DNA of 62,476 nucleotides, the filler included, from Choristocarpus tenellus KU-1152 (taxonomy: Eukaryota > Protista > Phaeophyceae), in the NCBI GenBank assembly GCA_964200185.2. It is 9 parts of 9 records of this genome, joined end to end, with 100 filler letters (N's around TTAATTAATTAA, not from the genome) between each part and the next. Parts side by side here need not be neighbours in the genome. Positions count along the whole stretch, not along the records: positions 46,735 to 58,628 come from CAXNAD020002075.1; positions 58,729 to 62,476 come from CAXNAD020018175.1; 7 more parts are not named here. One strand, written 5' to 3'. The position numbers were made by a program, and so were the translations under genes. The notes beneath the pieces were generated by a model, which did no database searches, had not been told where the DNA came from, and saw only the letters and a list, made by a program, of their open reading frames with translations. Shown piece by piece: positions 51,331 through 62,476 of this stretch. Position 1 is the first letter of the stretch. Each line of letters starts with the position of its first letter.

Positions 51331-52399
51331 CATAATGTTCTGAGCAAGACCATATTCAAATGTAGCGGCTCATTTAATGAGTTTTAATGAGATGGAGGTA
51401 GTCACGGGTAATAATAATACACATAGGCAGGTATTGCAGAATCTTTGGTACCCCTTCCTGCTTCTCACAATTGCTGAAATGATAGTATTTTGGAGTACAA
51501 TTATAATACCTATAAAATTTCGTGTTCTGAATGATTTTAAGAGTTATCCAAAAATTGCACCGTTGCCAAGAAGGTGTCTTTGCTTCTTCTTTGCACCTGG
51601 GCACTACTGCAGTTTTCTGTACATCAAGGTAGTAGCATTTCAAACTTTCAAGTATCGGTAGGAATATGTCTTTAATTGTTTCTGTTTGTGCTTGTTCCTC
51701 TATCCGTGGTGTAGTGAACCCTTTTCTTGTCCTTGTCGTTGACAGTGCTCTGTCTCATTTTAACATGTTCTTATTACACTAGCATGTGTATGCACGCACG
51801 TAGCAGTAGTAGTAGCATGTGAAGGAAGTAATTTTTCCTTGTCTGCACACACCCACAAAAGAAAACGATCGTCTGAAGTTCTATTTAGTATTCATACTGA
51901 TATTATTGTGTACAAAATAATTCTTCACAGTGGTTGAGGGTCCCAGACCCGTGGTGAAGAGGGAGTGCAGAAGAGAAGCTTCATATTATACTGCGGGGTA
52001 CATGATAACAGGTAGAGAAAATAATGAACGAAAGGAAATAGAAGCTTGATAGCTACGATGGGCAGCCAAGATCCATATGGTACCCATTGATACCTGAAAG
52101 GTGTGGGACAGTACACCATCAACTCCTGGAGTATCGCCAAGATTCTATAGGAATAAGAAAAAGCTGAGGGTCACTCCATCAATTCGAGTAGCAATAATCT
52201 CATACCACAAAAAGAAGTGAAAAGTAAAACTCAAGAAAAGACCAATAAGAGAAGCAACATTGAACAGGCAGTATTAGCGTCCATGAGCCCTCATCTGGTT
52301 GATGGATTCCTTTCTCTGCTGTTTTAGGATGATGACAGAGGTTAGCTATCATATCTTCTTTGTCATACCATTTTTTTTTGCACTTCGGTCCACCAACCA

Positions 52400-52580
52400 C
52401 GCATATATTCGTACAACCTGTGTCAAGTTTCTCTCCCTATATGACAATCTTGACTGTGATACCAAATTGCTCAAGATCATCTTCAAGAGATGCGACCACT
52501 GGTGCTTCTCCTGTCCACCCTGCCTCCGCTTTACATTTCCAAGTTCCCCAAACATCAACTCATTTTGTAGTTGCATGGCA
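52400..52580 (-). mobile_element. RTE-type LINE 3'-end fragment
   Basis: LMFGELGNVKRRQGGQEKH...; DNA similarity to 10650-10760. Confidence 0.7.
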
Positions 52581-54487
52581 TTGTGATGGATAGGATAGAA
52601 GTGTGCATATACGCAGATGATGCTGATGATGACAAATTATGCTGACAATGCATAATATCCATGATTATTTGATGAGTAAGGAGAGATTACTCTCCTTGAA
52701 ACGAACACTTACGTACAAAGCAGGTATTAAAATGCGCGACAGACCACATCGCCTTCCTATGATAGCACCACCATTAATTACGAACTAACAATATCGAGAA
52801 AACTAGAACTTTAAAATAGTGTGTACTTTTAGTATGGTATTTGTCATCTAACTTCAAGCAATAAATTAGGGCCAGCATTGGTCAAATTCAACCCCAGGCT
52901 ACAGGGGAAGAAGGATCAACTGTGGTTTCTTGAGAAAAAGACAATGGCAGCTTGAGCAACAGTACATACAGCAGGTAGAGCTTGAAATTTAGGGCTAACT
53001 TGTGAAGATACGCTCAATAATGTGGTACATACACTTTCCGATTTCCCCCTTCCGATCGTGATACTGTTATATTTTAGAAATATATTAATGTATCATTCTC
53101 AATGCACTGATTAACAAACTTAATGCTCGTTTCTTGTTTCAGATATAATAAAGTTACGTAGAACTCAAGAGTACTTCTAAGATGTTCAATAACCTATATA
53201 TGTAAGACGCAAGCAACCTCATCTAAGCTTAGACGAGCTTTGACGTACCATACGCTTAACCACCTCCTAAGTGTAGAACACCCCCTATTTTTTGTTCTTT
53301 TCCGGTTTATTCAATCCGTTTTGACGATATTTCCAGGATACTGAAGCCAAGTGCGCACGTTTAAGACGGGCGTGCGGAAAAACCTGTTCCTCGCGTGTCT
53401 GAAAGTATTTACTTGTATGTAAGAGCAAAACCCAATTCGCCGTGACCTTTTCCCGCAAACTGCAGAGTCAAGTGGGCAATATTGAGGTTTCGGTCGACAT
53501 ATGTATGTGACGATTGTTGTTGATAGGGATGGGGATTGCGATGTCGGTCATGGGCAAATGAGATGGAGCTTGGAAAAACGTCAAATCTGTTATGTATAAA
53601 AAAAACGGAGCCATCGAAGCAAGGACCACAAAGAGTCGATTACGACTTAGGCAAGGCGAATCCCTCCCACGGTCGCGGATGCGGCCCCTCACACACACAG
53701 TCACGCACTCGTCCTCGGGATTTTGATCCACCCACCTCCTCCAGGGCAGGCAACAGTTCCACCTGAACGCAGCTCTGGCTTAGCTTTTGCTCAGCAGTAG
53801 GCTCCGTACACGACGAGATGAAAAGTTGTCGACCCCTTTAACAGTTACAGTTGTACTATTAGTACGACTTGTACATCAAGAGAAATCCTACGGGTATCGA
53901 CGTACAGCATTATCCATCTCTTTCAGCTGTCTTACAGCAGAAGGTACTCTAACGTACTAGAGCTCTAGAGAGCATGAAAACCGTCATACAACATCATAAC
54001 TTCAGTACGCTATTGGACGCTTGTTAAAGCTTGTGATTATCGTATTGTTGCGCCAAGGAAGTAGCATCTGTTTGGATATTGAGTATAGAGTTTGGTCTAC
54101 GGTTTGGTTGTTCGGGTAAGGAATATGAAACGCCTTGAAACCGTAAACCTTTTGACGAAAGGTCGGCACCAACACCATCGTCGACAGGGGGAAATTCTGT
54201 AGGAGCTTTTCGGTTGTTGACAGATTATACTCATTCCTTTCCCTGGTTCACCACGTAGAAGCAGCTCCCTGCCTTTCAATATATATATTTTGCGACTTGA
54301 CTGAAGTGAAGGGTTAACTACATTCAGGGCGACTGCGATTGTCCTGCTCGCCTCTCTAGATTCGATCTGATAGAGGTAAGGACTAGCCCACATATCTCTT
54401 ATCGACCCCAATCCAGGACTACGCTTGTACAGGATGTTTTTTTCTAAAGTTGTAGCTCGCTTTGTGCCTTCCTGTGGCAGGTGTACA

Positions 54488-54619
54488 ATGCAGGTCGAAC
54501 GTTCCCCACAACACCGTGCTCTCCGTGGGCTTAAGAGGAGAACAGACGAGGTGCACCAGCAAGTAGTATCTGCCCCGACCCGCCGGAAGCTGACCGAGGG
54601 GCAAACGTTTGGACGGGAG
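54488..54619 (+). CDS. First coding exon of an orphan gene
   Basis: Acceptor at 54480, ATG at 54488, MQVERSPQHRALRGLKRRTDEVHQQVVSAPTRRKLTEGQTFGRE|gtaatc. A likely 5'UTR exon ends ag|gtaagg at 54375. Confidence 0.6.
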
Positions 54620-54764
54620 GTAATCCCAGATACTCAGGAGGAGGATAAATAGGTGACTCACAAGACCGATGTGAAGTGAAGATCTATCACTATTCCGCTT
54701 CTGGACACACCTTTGAATTGTTCCCTGACGCCACCTAACCCCACCTAGCAACCACCCTGCGCAG

Positions 54765-55202
54765 AATCATCGGACGGAGCCGAACTGCTCCGAACAGTCT
54801 CGGGTCGGTACCCTCCGTGGAAGAGTCTACTATCGTTCCCGACGTAGGCTGCCGCAAGGGGCACCAGGCTCACTGTATTTTGGCGGAGGAGCTGGCACTA
54901 GTACCGTTTCTTCCAGTGCACCAAGTGCGGTTTCCCAGGAAGATGTGTCAAGCGTAACCCTCGGCTGTACTATGACAGTTTCAGGGCGTTCAGACCCGGC
55001 ATGTTCTCCTCCTACAAAAGTCTCTTCTCTTGCACTGACCCCGTCCATCACAGCCCTCCCCGGTGCCCCGGCCCCTGCTCGATCATGGCTGCGACGTGAG
55101 ATGCACAAGTTGGAGGGTTCGTTGGGATTCTCATGTGGCGAAGATGTGCCGAGGGTCCTGCGCCGAACGCGGGCAAAGACCGTTGAAAGTGCTGCAATGC
55201 AG
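54765..55202 (+). CDS. Second coding exon of the orphan gene (S/P/R-rich, probably disordered)
   Basis: CTAAC branch point and cag|. 438 nt open in phase 0, GC-rich, donor cag|gtgggt. Confidence 0.68.
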
Positions 55203-55657
55203 GTGGGTGGGTTTTGAGCCTGGGAGTTAAGATAAATACACCCAGTGACAAAAACTCAGACTAGGATCACTTCATATTGTTTTGTTTCCTATCTGTGATG
55301 GGGTGCTGTTTGTATTGGAATTGTACTGGATAGGATAATGGCATCATGCTAGTGGATATATTTTGCTAGACTATGATAAAGTAGGGCTTCGTCTTTGTGG
55401 GATAATACATTCCTGTATTTGTCCATCTGTGAAAGTCGCTTATCGGGCAACAGTGAAGTGTGGAGGGTTCAGATTGGATAGGGCCAGAAGAGAAGATAAT
55501 ACAACCAACCCGACTTCATCAAACATACTCCCTCAGCCCACCACATCCACCATCTTCATTCACCTCCTATACCCCATGACGCTTACTCTTTTTCTCTCGT
55601 TTGTGTATGTGATGAAAAGAACGATCATTTCAATTCTTGTGTGGATGTGTGGGCAAG

Positions 55658-55814
55658 GAGCAGCCACATCAATGTCCCCCCAAAGGCAGAGGGAGAGATT
55701 CTGCACTTCAGTGCCAACTATGATGTATCCATGGCCTCCACTGAGGAAGTTGTGAACGCTGCAATGATATTGTGCTCGTTCAAGGGTGACACAATAAGCA
55801 GCCCGTTTGAGGAA
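55658..55814 (+). CDS. Probable further exon of the orphan gene
   Basis: SSHINVPPKAEGEILHFSANYDVSMASTEEVVNAAMILCSFKGDTISSPFEE|gtgagt. Acceptor position and phase are uncertain. Confidence 0.45.
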
Positions 55815-56499
55815 GTGAGTAACACTGGCTGACATCATCCTTGTCTACATGCATATGGTGATAGCAGAAACCTCGAAGACAAGAAAAGAAGAGGGCAGGC
55901 GAGAATGAAGGAGAAGTATAGGGTATGTCCCTGAACAGTGGGTACAAGCAACCAACAAACAGATTGTAGAAAGGAGGGGGTATGGGGGTGGGAAGGGGAT
56001 AATATCTTGAACGTGAGCGGTAAACTGAGCTTGTTATAATCCCTAGATACCTCAATTGATTCTAATGATTCCCGTTGCATAAAATAGATAGGTCTGTATG
56101 TGATACTTTCTGAAAAATGTAACCTTTGGCGAGGTTTCCACATTTTTTTCGACCATTGTAGTGTTCCAATGCGGACCAAGGAAACAAAAAGATTTCGGTG
56201 TTGCTCAATCTATTCATCTAGAGCTAGGGGGAATGTCAACTTTGAGATGGAAAATCGATTTGCTTTCCTTCCTCCTCTGCCTATGGAAATATTATTCTTA
56301 TTCGTAATGTGTGTTGGTATTCTCCTCAGAGAGGAAGTTGGAATATATTTAGAGTTGGCCATGTTTGGTTATGGCGTCCTAGTTAGACAGAAGTAGTAGT
56401 TGCAATATATATCCATCGTGTGGGTGACGTTATCATCGTCTTCTGGCATCAATGTGCGGGTGTTTCCCTGCATACTATGGGCATTCTAAAGGAAGCCCT

Positions 56500-58020
56500 A
56501 GCATGTAATCTGATGGAGCAAACTATAGTCCTTTGATTATCAGTTCTAGTAATAGTATACATACTTGATTAAATGAAGTATCCACATCTCTAAAATATAT
56601 AAACCATATGGATGCTTAGCTAATATTCTTGTGCAACAGTGCAGTGATCTACTCCCTAATGCAGAGGTACAATGGAGGGATTTGACTCTGTAGGTGATGA
56701 AAAGGTCAAACACAGGTGGCAATGTACTTTTCATGACGGACTTGTCAATAAGAAGAGGACAGGACTGGTATGAATAGACTCCTATGCACACTACTCATGC
56801 GTCAAGGTTTCCTTGTTGTCTTGCACCAACTCACTGACACAATAGCACAACCACATTCCTTCATCCATGACTGTTTTGAAAGGAATAATTCTAATGATAT
56901 CCACATTTCATTTCAATTTTATTCACTTACAATATATTTATCATACCCACCCCAAATAACATTGTTAGAATGAAATATTCTTATCAAGTTGTATACATAC
57001 CTAGCAGAGTGGGAAAAAATGGAAGTATGACATTTATCTATTTCACATGCTCAAACAAAATGAGGTGTCAAAAAAGAAACGGTTATTCTTTTCACATGAT
57101 TCATTGAACGTTTTTCCCCCGTAAAACCACTATATGTAATGAACTATCGATCATCTTTGGTCCAAGTTGGTGTTTTCACATGTTATGATAGGACTGGGTC
57201 TATTATTACTGAGAAGAGACCAATAAATATGTCGAAAATACTTAGGTACATGCTTGTATTTTCTAAACGAAAGGAACAGTTATACAGAGAGGTAAGGATT
57301 TTGTATCAATATTCGGCGTATTGTTTTCGTGTGTTGTTGTGGGTAATGCAGAGATCTTACGACTACTATTAGTCGTTTTGCTATTCACACGAATATTGCA
57401 CCTTGATGACGTATGTGGGGAGAACATCGCTTAGTACATCCACAGGTATTAGGTTTTAGTCTACAGGTGGATAACTGTAATGGGCAAAAAGCAGCACGCA
57501 CACAATAGCTATCTATCTTATCAAAGATGACGAGCTTGGTCTCACCTTGAATTATGTAATATTGTGACTTGATTTTATCGCGATTTTGGTGTGCTTTCTT
57601 TTTGTAACTTGTGCGAAGAGTAATACTCCTTACAGAAGATTTTGTAAGAAAACTCCTTCTGTAATTATCAGGAGAAGAGAATATGTAAATATATATTTGA
57701 AGGAAGAATTCAAAGCCTCCCCCCCCCCTCACCTTATTCTCGTACTCTCTCCCTCTCTTCTCGTTCCCAGTAAAATCTCTGCTGATCTTCTAAAATATCA
57801 ATGCTGATCACTTCTTCTGTGACTCCTGTCCACATGAACGAAAATGTGCTCGAACGATTTTGATGAGAATGTGGTAACCCAAATAATGGAATGACTGACT
57901 GGAGAGTATCTTTCATATTTACCGACCAACACGCACCAGCAAAATGATTAAGGCCTTTTTTGGGGTCAACCCCTGACATGATCACAAAATATATCTCATT
58001 GCTACTGCTGTGAGTCAAAG
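56500..58020 (-). mobile_element. Decayed hAT-like transposase
   Basis: HFAGACWSVNMKDTLQSVIPLFGLPHSH (cf. GVTAH..D..L.S..L...P.SHT) and a frameshifted LIPVDV../RCSP/TYV (cf. DV.TRWNSTY). Confidence 0.45.
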
Positions 58021-60420
58021 TTAATATAATTTTTTAATTGTGAGATAAATCGACTTGAATAATTAAATTTTGATGTAAAGTGTTGGCAGTTGCCTCCTGT
58101 ATCAACTTTGTCGTGCCATAACTTTGATCAACAATTTTTTTATCATGAAAACTCGTTTGTTGTAATCGCTAGCATGCCTAAACTTATTTGATGGGTCTCG
58201 GTCGGTCAACTTGCAGTAATCGTGAGAAATCAGGAGCATACTTAAATCAAGTAGTCCGCGCGCACGATTTGCGCGGGGGTGCCAAGCAGCGCGCACGAAC
58301 CTCGCATTTTAGGATGATTTTGACACCAGAAGAGACCATCTTCACCCGGAGAACATGGGTTTGTTGTCTCTCCATTCTCTTTCCATTATTTCCCGTTTAT
58401 GCAATGTTTTCACCTGCTGGCTAAGGCTCACTCATCGGGGTCCAGGCCTCTGAACCAGACATCCTTGCCAAGTCAAATGAGGTATTCTGAAGGTGCAGGG
58501 CTCCTGTGATACTTGTATGTCTTGTACACCCTGTCCAACTTGGTGCACTCCATGCCTTTCTAGTTGGAATATATCAGGTGGTATGCAATACTCGTCCTGA
58601 AGAACCTCTCCACAATTACTTTGGACAGNNNNNNNNNNNNNNNNNNNNNNNNNNNNNNNNNNNNNNNNNNNNTTAATTAATTAANNNNNNNNNNNNNNNN
58701 NNNNNNNNNNNNNNNNNNNNNNNNNNNNCCCCCCAGAGGCACAGGAATAGGTAGATGGGAAGATAAGGACGACAGTAGTACAATATTTGATAGTGGTGAA
58801 GTAACTGATTAGTGGTTTCCACGCATTATCTTACAGTACTATTATATTCTTAGGTTTAGGACATTTTATATACACATATGTATATAGTTTTCATTGGTTT
58901 CCCCCTGACACATCTGCAAACTGTCAGAGGGCATAATAATAAAATGAGTAGCCTACGTTTTAAGAGCAAACGTCCTGCACAAGAACTTGCCACAAACGTA
59001 CTTTCAAGACCATCAATTTCGATGTGTTCCTTTCGCACAGCACTTTGACTCTTCGTCAAGTGTCCCTTTCTACCAATGTAGAATTGTATTATCTTTCACC
59101 AACGACAAACATCGTCATCACCATTTTTTTTGCACGCATTGAAGATTCCTTTACGCTTGGAATTGACATTATTTTTCCTTCATTCTTCTGTATACTTATG
59201 TTTAGGACATTTTAAATACACATATGTATATAGTTTTCATTGGTTTCCCCCTGACACATCTGCAAAATGTCAGAGGGCATAATAATATAATAAATATTCT
59301 CAAATTCTTCTGTAGTTGTTTTACCTTTTGGTTCGACTTCTCTCTCATTTACCATTTCCGTTCGTAGCCGTACGTCACACTCCTTCAATATTGTTCCATT
59401 TCTTTCAGTGCAGGGAGGGTGTTAAAACATGGGCTACTCATTCGATTTGCTTTGATACGATGAAGCATAATCGTCAGTCCATAATGAACGTTGATTTGTC
59501 CATTGCAATGGTCGCTATTCCCATTTTGCATCATTAGGTCATTAGCTCATCATGACAACTCACGCAGAAGATGTATGACAGGAGTTACGTTAGATATATG
59601 GATCCAACCTTGGCTTCTTGTTTCTTTGTTTTTATTTCTTCGTCTCCATGACGCAAGTTATCAGTTGCATAGCATGTGTTGGTTGTTATTTTTACTTCAC
59701 TGACTGCCAGCCCCTCAATAAGACGTTCCATCACTCTGCAACAGGTATAAGACACACACCGGGATGCAATATAAACAGAGTTAAAACCATCCTTCGAAAC
59801 CTTTCTCTGCCAAGGTGACAACCCTCTTCAAAAAGGATTAATTTCTTCATTTGAATGTCTTGATGAATGACCTCACAGTTTCTATCAATCACCGTCTGGT
59901 TGAGTAAAATATGCCACAGACATAACAGTACCCATCTCACTCCACCAAAGTTTGATTGAGTAAGACATCCTTTCAGACACATCAAACCGAAACCGCAGGT
60001 GTCTTGTTGTACTATGACACACACACTTGCCTCTAACCATATTAATCACGGCACAACCAAACATACCTTCACATCGAACACTGTCTGACTGAATACTACA
60101 TGTCATCAGACCTACCAGAACAAATTCATCAGTGCTTTGTTGTGTTAGAACACTAGGAAACCCCTGTGTCTAACGAGGATGTAGTCAGCTGACTGTCTAC
60201 TTGGTAGCCCTCTAATCTGTGACCAACTTCGGCGGGCAGTTACTAATGTGAGGTTGTGTATCCTGGCAGTATGTTCAGTCTTTTGACAGATGTGTAACCA
60301 TGGCGAGATTCGATCCCAAGAGAGTAGTGTTCTAACATGTTGCGCTATGACCTCCTTCGTCACAAACCAGACACATCACAACAATACACAACCCATACGA
60401 AATCAGGTTTCAACACATAT

Positions 60421-60719
60421 ATTACCGACTCCGAAATGTTTCGGAGTAGGTAAAGGCTCAAAGTATCTGGGGGAGGGTGGTGGCTGTCCATTTGCGGTCA
60501 ATTTTTTCGTGTCGAGATTTTTTGGTGATTTGGTTGCATACTTTGGATGGATAATGTAAGCGCACTTTTCCTGATTTTGGACCAAATGGACACCCTGGTG
60601 TAGACCACCCCCCCCCTCTAGATATTTTGGGTCAAAATGTCATTTTAAAAAATCGTGGGAAGTCAAGCCCTGAATGGACAAACAGGGCAAAACTCGTACC
60701 CTCTAAGATACGTTCACTC
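60421..60719 (+). mobile_element. MITE family A, right half, interrupted by MITE B
   Basis: ACTCCGAAATGTTTCGGAGTAGG [MITE B] AAAATGTC...GTACCCTCTAAGATACGTTCACTC. Confidence 0.85.
60455..60633 (+). mobile_element. MITE family B, complete, nested in MITE A
   Basis: GGCTCAAAGTATCTGGGG...CCCCTCTAGATATTTTGGGTC. Flanks TAAA/AAAA duplicate the AAAA site of MITE A with one mismatch. Confidence 0.9.
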
Positions 60720-61830
60720 TTGCCCTGTCCTGCTGCACGAAGATGGTGTGCCCTTCTTGCCTAGCCACGCGGGCCTTGATTGACGGGATATGTCCTCAAT
60801 CATGAGGTCTTATACCTCTTCCCAACTACCATGGCTGGCACAATCACCTGAGTCAAAGCGTTTAAGAGATTAGACCCTGTTCGTCCGTTTTGGGCTTGAC
60901 TTCCCATGGGGTTTTTTAACATGGTTTACCTACTCCTAAAACGTTTGGAGTACCTAAAACATATACGACTATGAAAGGTGTGTCTGGAGCAAGGATATTG
61001 GTACTTGCTAACAAACACCACAGTCAAAATTCATCAAAATCGCAACATTGGATTTATGACCCCGGACGGATGTGCGACCCTACCCTCGTAAATGCTTTGG
61101 GTCACCTTGGTGCCCGCGGAGTTTACTGGAGAGCTGAGGGACCTTAGTGTCCATGATTGGCCAGATCCCGATTTTCTCATTGATCTTCACACCATTGGAA
61201 AGCTTCCTAGAGCGGGCCACACCTGCGAGGAACATCACCTTTGTAACGTAGGGCTCATTCTTTGCCCATGGGGTTTGGGGTGTCCTTGGTGGGGTGTAGA
61301 TATATACCTCGCCCATCTTTGAGGATGTAAAATCACTTCTCGTCCACAAGCACCCAGTCATATAGATCTTCCATTAATATCCCACTCCCCCCCCTCCTGT
61401 TCGTGTAGCTGACGACAAACCCACCCCGTTGACTTTCTGCTGGTCTGAGAGGATTGACTTAATCCACCGCTTGACCTTGTTCATCATCTTGTACTTGCAC
61501 AGATTCCATAACGAGGCAAGGCAGACGCCAGCTTTGGTCGCCCTTTTGGAGAAGAATGTGCAGCGTAACAATAGTTCATCCCAAACATCGAGGATACTTA
61601 TATGTTGGCCACATCTCCCCTTGTGACATCGTACAGGGTCTATGCATTCACCCCGTGCGATCTGGCTTCCATTCTCCATCAGGTGATGGAAGACGACGAT
61701 TCGGAAATTCCAAAGTCCTCTACATTAGCCGTCACTCTCCCCCTAGGCATCCGAGTCTCGCGCCTCTCACCCCCAGGCATTGTGCCACCACACTGTTCTT
61801 CTTCAGGGTGTTTTAGCCTGGACCTGGACA
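60720..61830 (-). pseudogene. Tc1/mariner DD39D (plant/oomycete-type) transposase pseudogene, 3'-truncated
   Basis: RMPRG..DFGIS (HTH), KRWIKSILSDQQKV, EDLYDWVLVDEK*FY, VTKVMFLAGVARSR...KIGIWP, IFVQQDRAR. The third catalytic Asp is missing. Confidence 0.9.
60850..61103 (-). mobile_element. MITE family A variant inserted in the mariner transposase
   Basis: TSD ACCT at 60846-49 and 61104-07. Removing the MITE restores ...GTKVIVPA.... Confidence 0.92.
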
Positions 61831-61949
61831 GAATTCTGGGCCAAAGAATTGGGACCGATGGGTGACGACAGGATGAGCGAGCCGCTCGAACGACAGAGGG
61901 GCTGTTGAAACCTGAATCGAATGCATTGTACATGTAAGCGAAATACGTA

Positions 61950-62476
61950 GACCACGAGTGAAGAGGCATCATGGTGTTGTAAAGCACCGATGAGTAAAAT
62001 ACGTAGTCTGTGGTATGAGTAGATGTGGCTGTGTTGCAAAGCACTGATGGATTTATTCTATTGCAACTGAAGTCATTGATCTCTCAGTCAAGAATGGTGT
62101 GATGTGGATTCGGTGTTATTTCATGAGATACTCAACGAAAGAAGACCATGCTCTGTGGAGAGGCTTGTTACCTTGGCTGGCAAGGATTTCCATAGATGTT
62201 TTTAACTCTGATTATATTACATCCAAGTGTGCAGTAACATCAGTGTGGTAACGCCAAAGGGTGTTGAACACGCCAGACTTGGGCCGAATGAAGTAGATGT
62301 GGCGCATTCGGGTAGCAGAATCCGTGTAGATGACAGCGTAGCGGCTCCCAGAGAAGGACGGTGGTGATACTGACCCAGTGACATCGGTGTGTACAACTTC
62401 TAGGGGGTGCCAGGGTGTGGTGGATTTGGAAGGGGGTTAATGGGTGGACTTGTTCATGGCACAGGAGGAGCATGGA
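61950..62476 (-). mobile_element. Ty1/copia integrase fragment joined to an RNase H-end/3' remnant
   Basis: PCSSCAMNKSTH*...PLEVVHTDVTGSVSPPSFSGSRYAVIYTDSATRMRHIYFIRPKS at 62231-62476, in a frame not shown in the ORF track. Confidence 0.85.

Overview
Eukaryotic, intron-rich and transposon-rich DNA, most likely from a stramenopile alga (brown-algal-like; this is inferred from gene and TE families, not proven). The window is nine contigs joined by eight artificial 100-bp spacers (44N-TTAATTAATTAA-44N), so adjacency across the gaps is not guaranteed. Host genes supported by splice signals and translation: a complete three-exon mitochondrial ATPase-inhibitor (IF1-like) gene (minus, 28598-31721); three stalk exons of a kinesin-2 (KIF3/FLA10-like) subunit (39856-41010); two exons of a sodium:solute symporter (12758-15717); the last two exons of an unidentified protein (46981-48236); and the 5' exons of an orphan gene (54488-55814). 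Most of the remainder is TE-derived: a nearly full-length decayed DIRS/Ngaro-type tyrosine-recombinase retrotransposon (1-~5250), several Ty1/copia fossils, Gypsy-type LTRs, a DD39D Tc1/mariner transposase pseudogene, hAT-like and RTE-LINE fragments, and about 20 copies of two related MITE families that share G(A/G)NYCAAAGTATCT ends and often have 4-bp TSDs. I found no CRISPR array, rRNA or tRNA, and no clear-cut new multi-gene system. The most interesting signals are the paired MITE families, two apparently obligatory GC-AG introns, and CpG decay in TEs next to a CpG-rich gene start.
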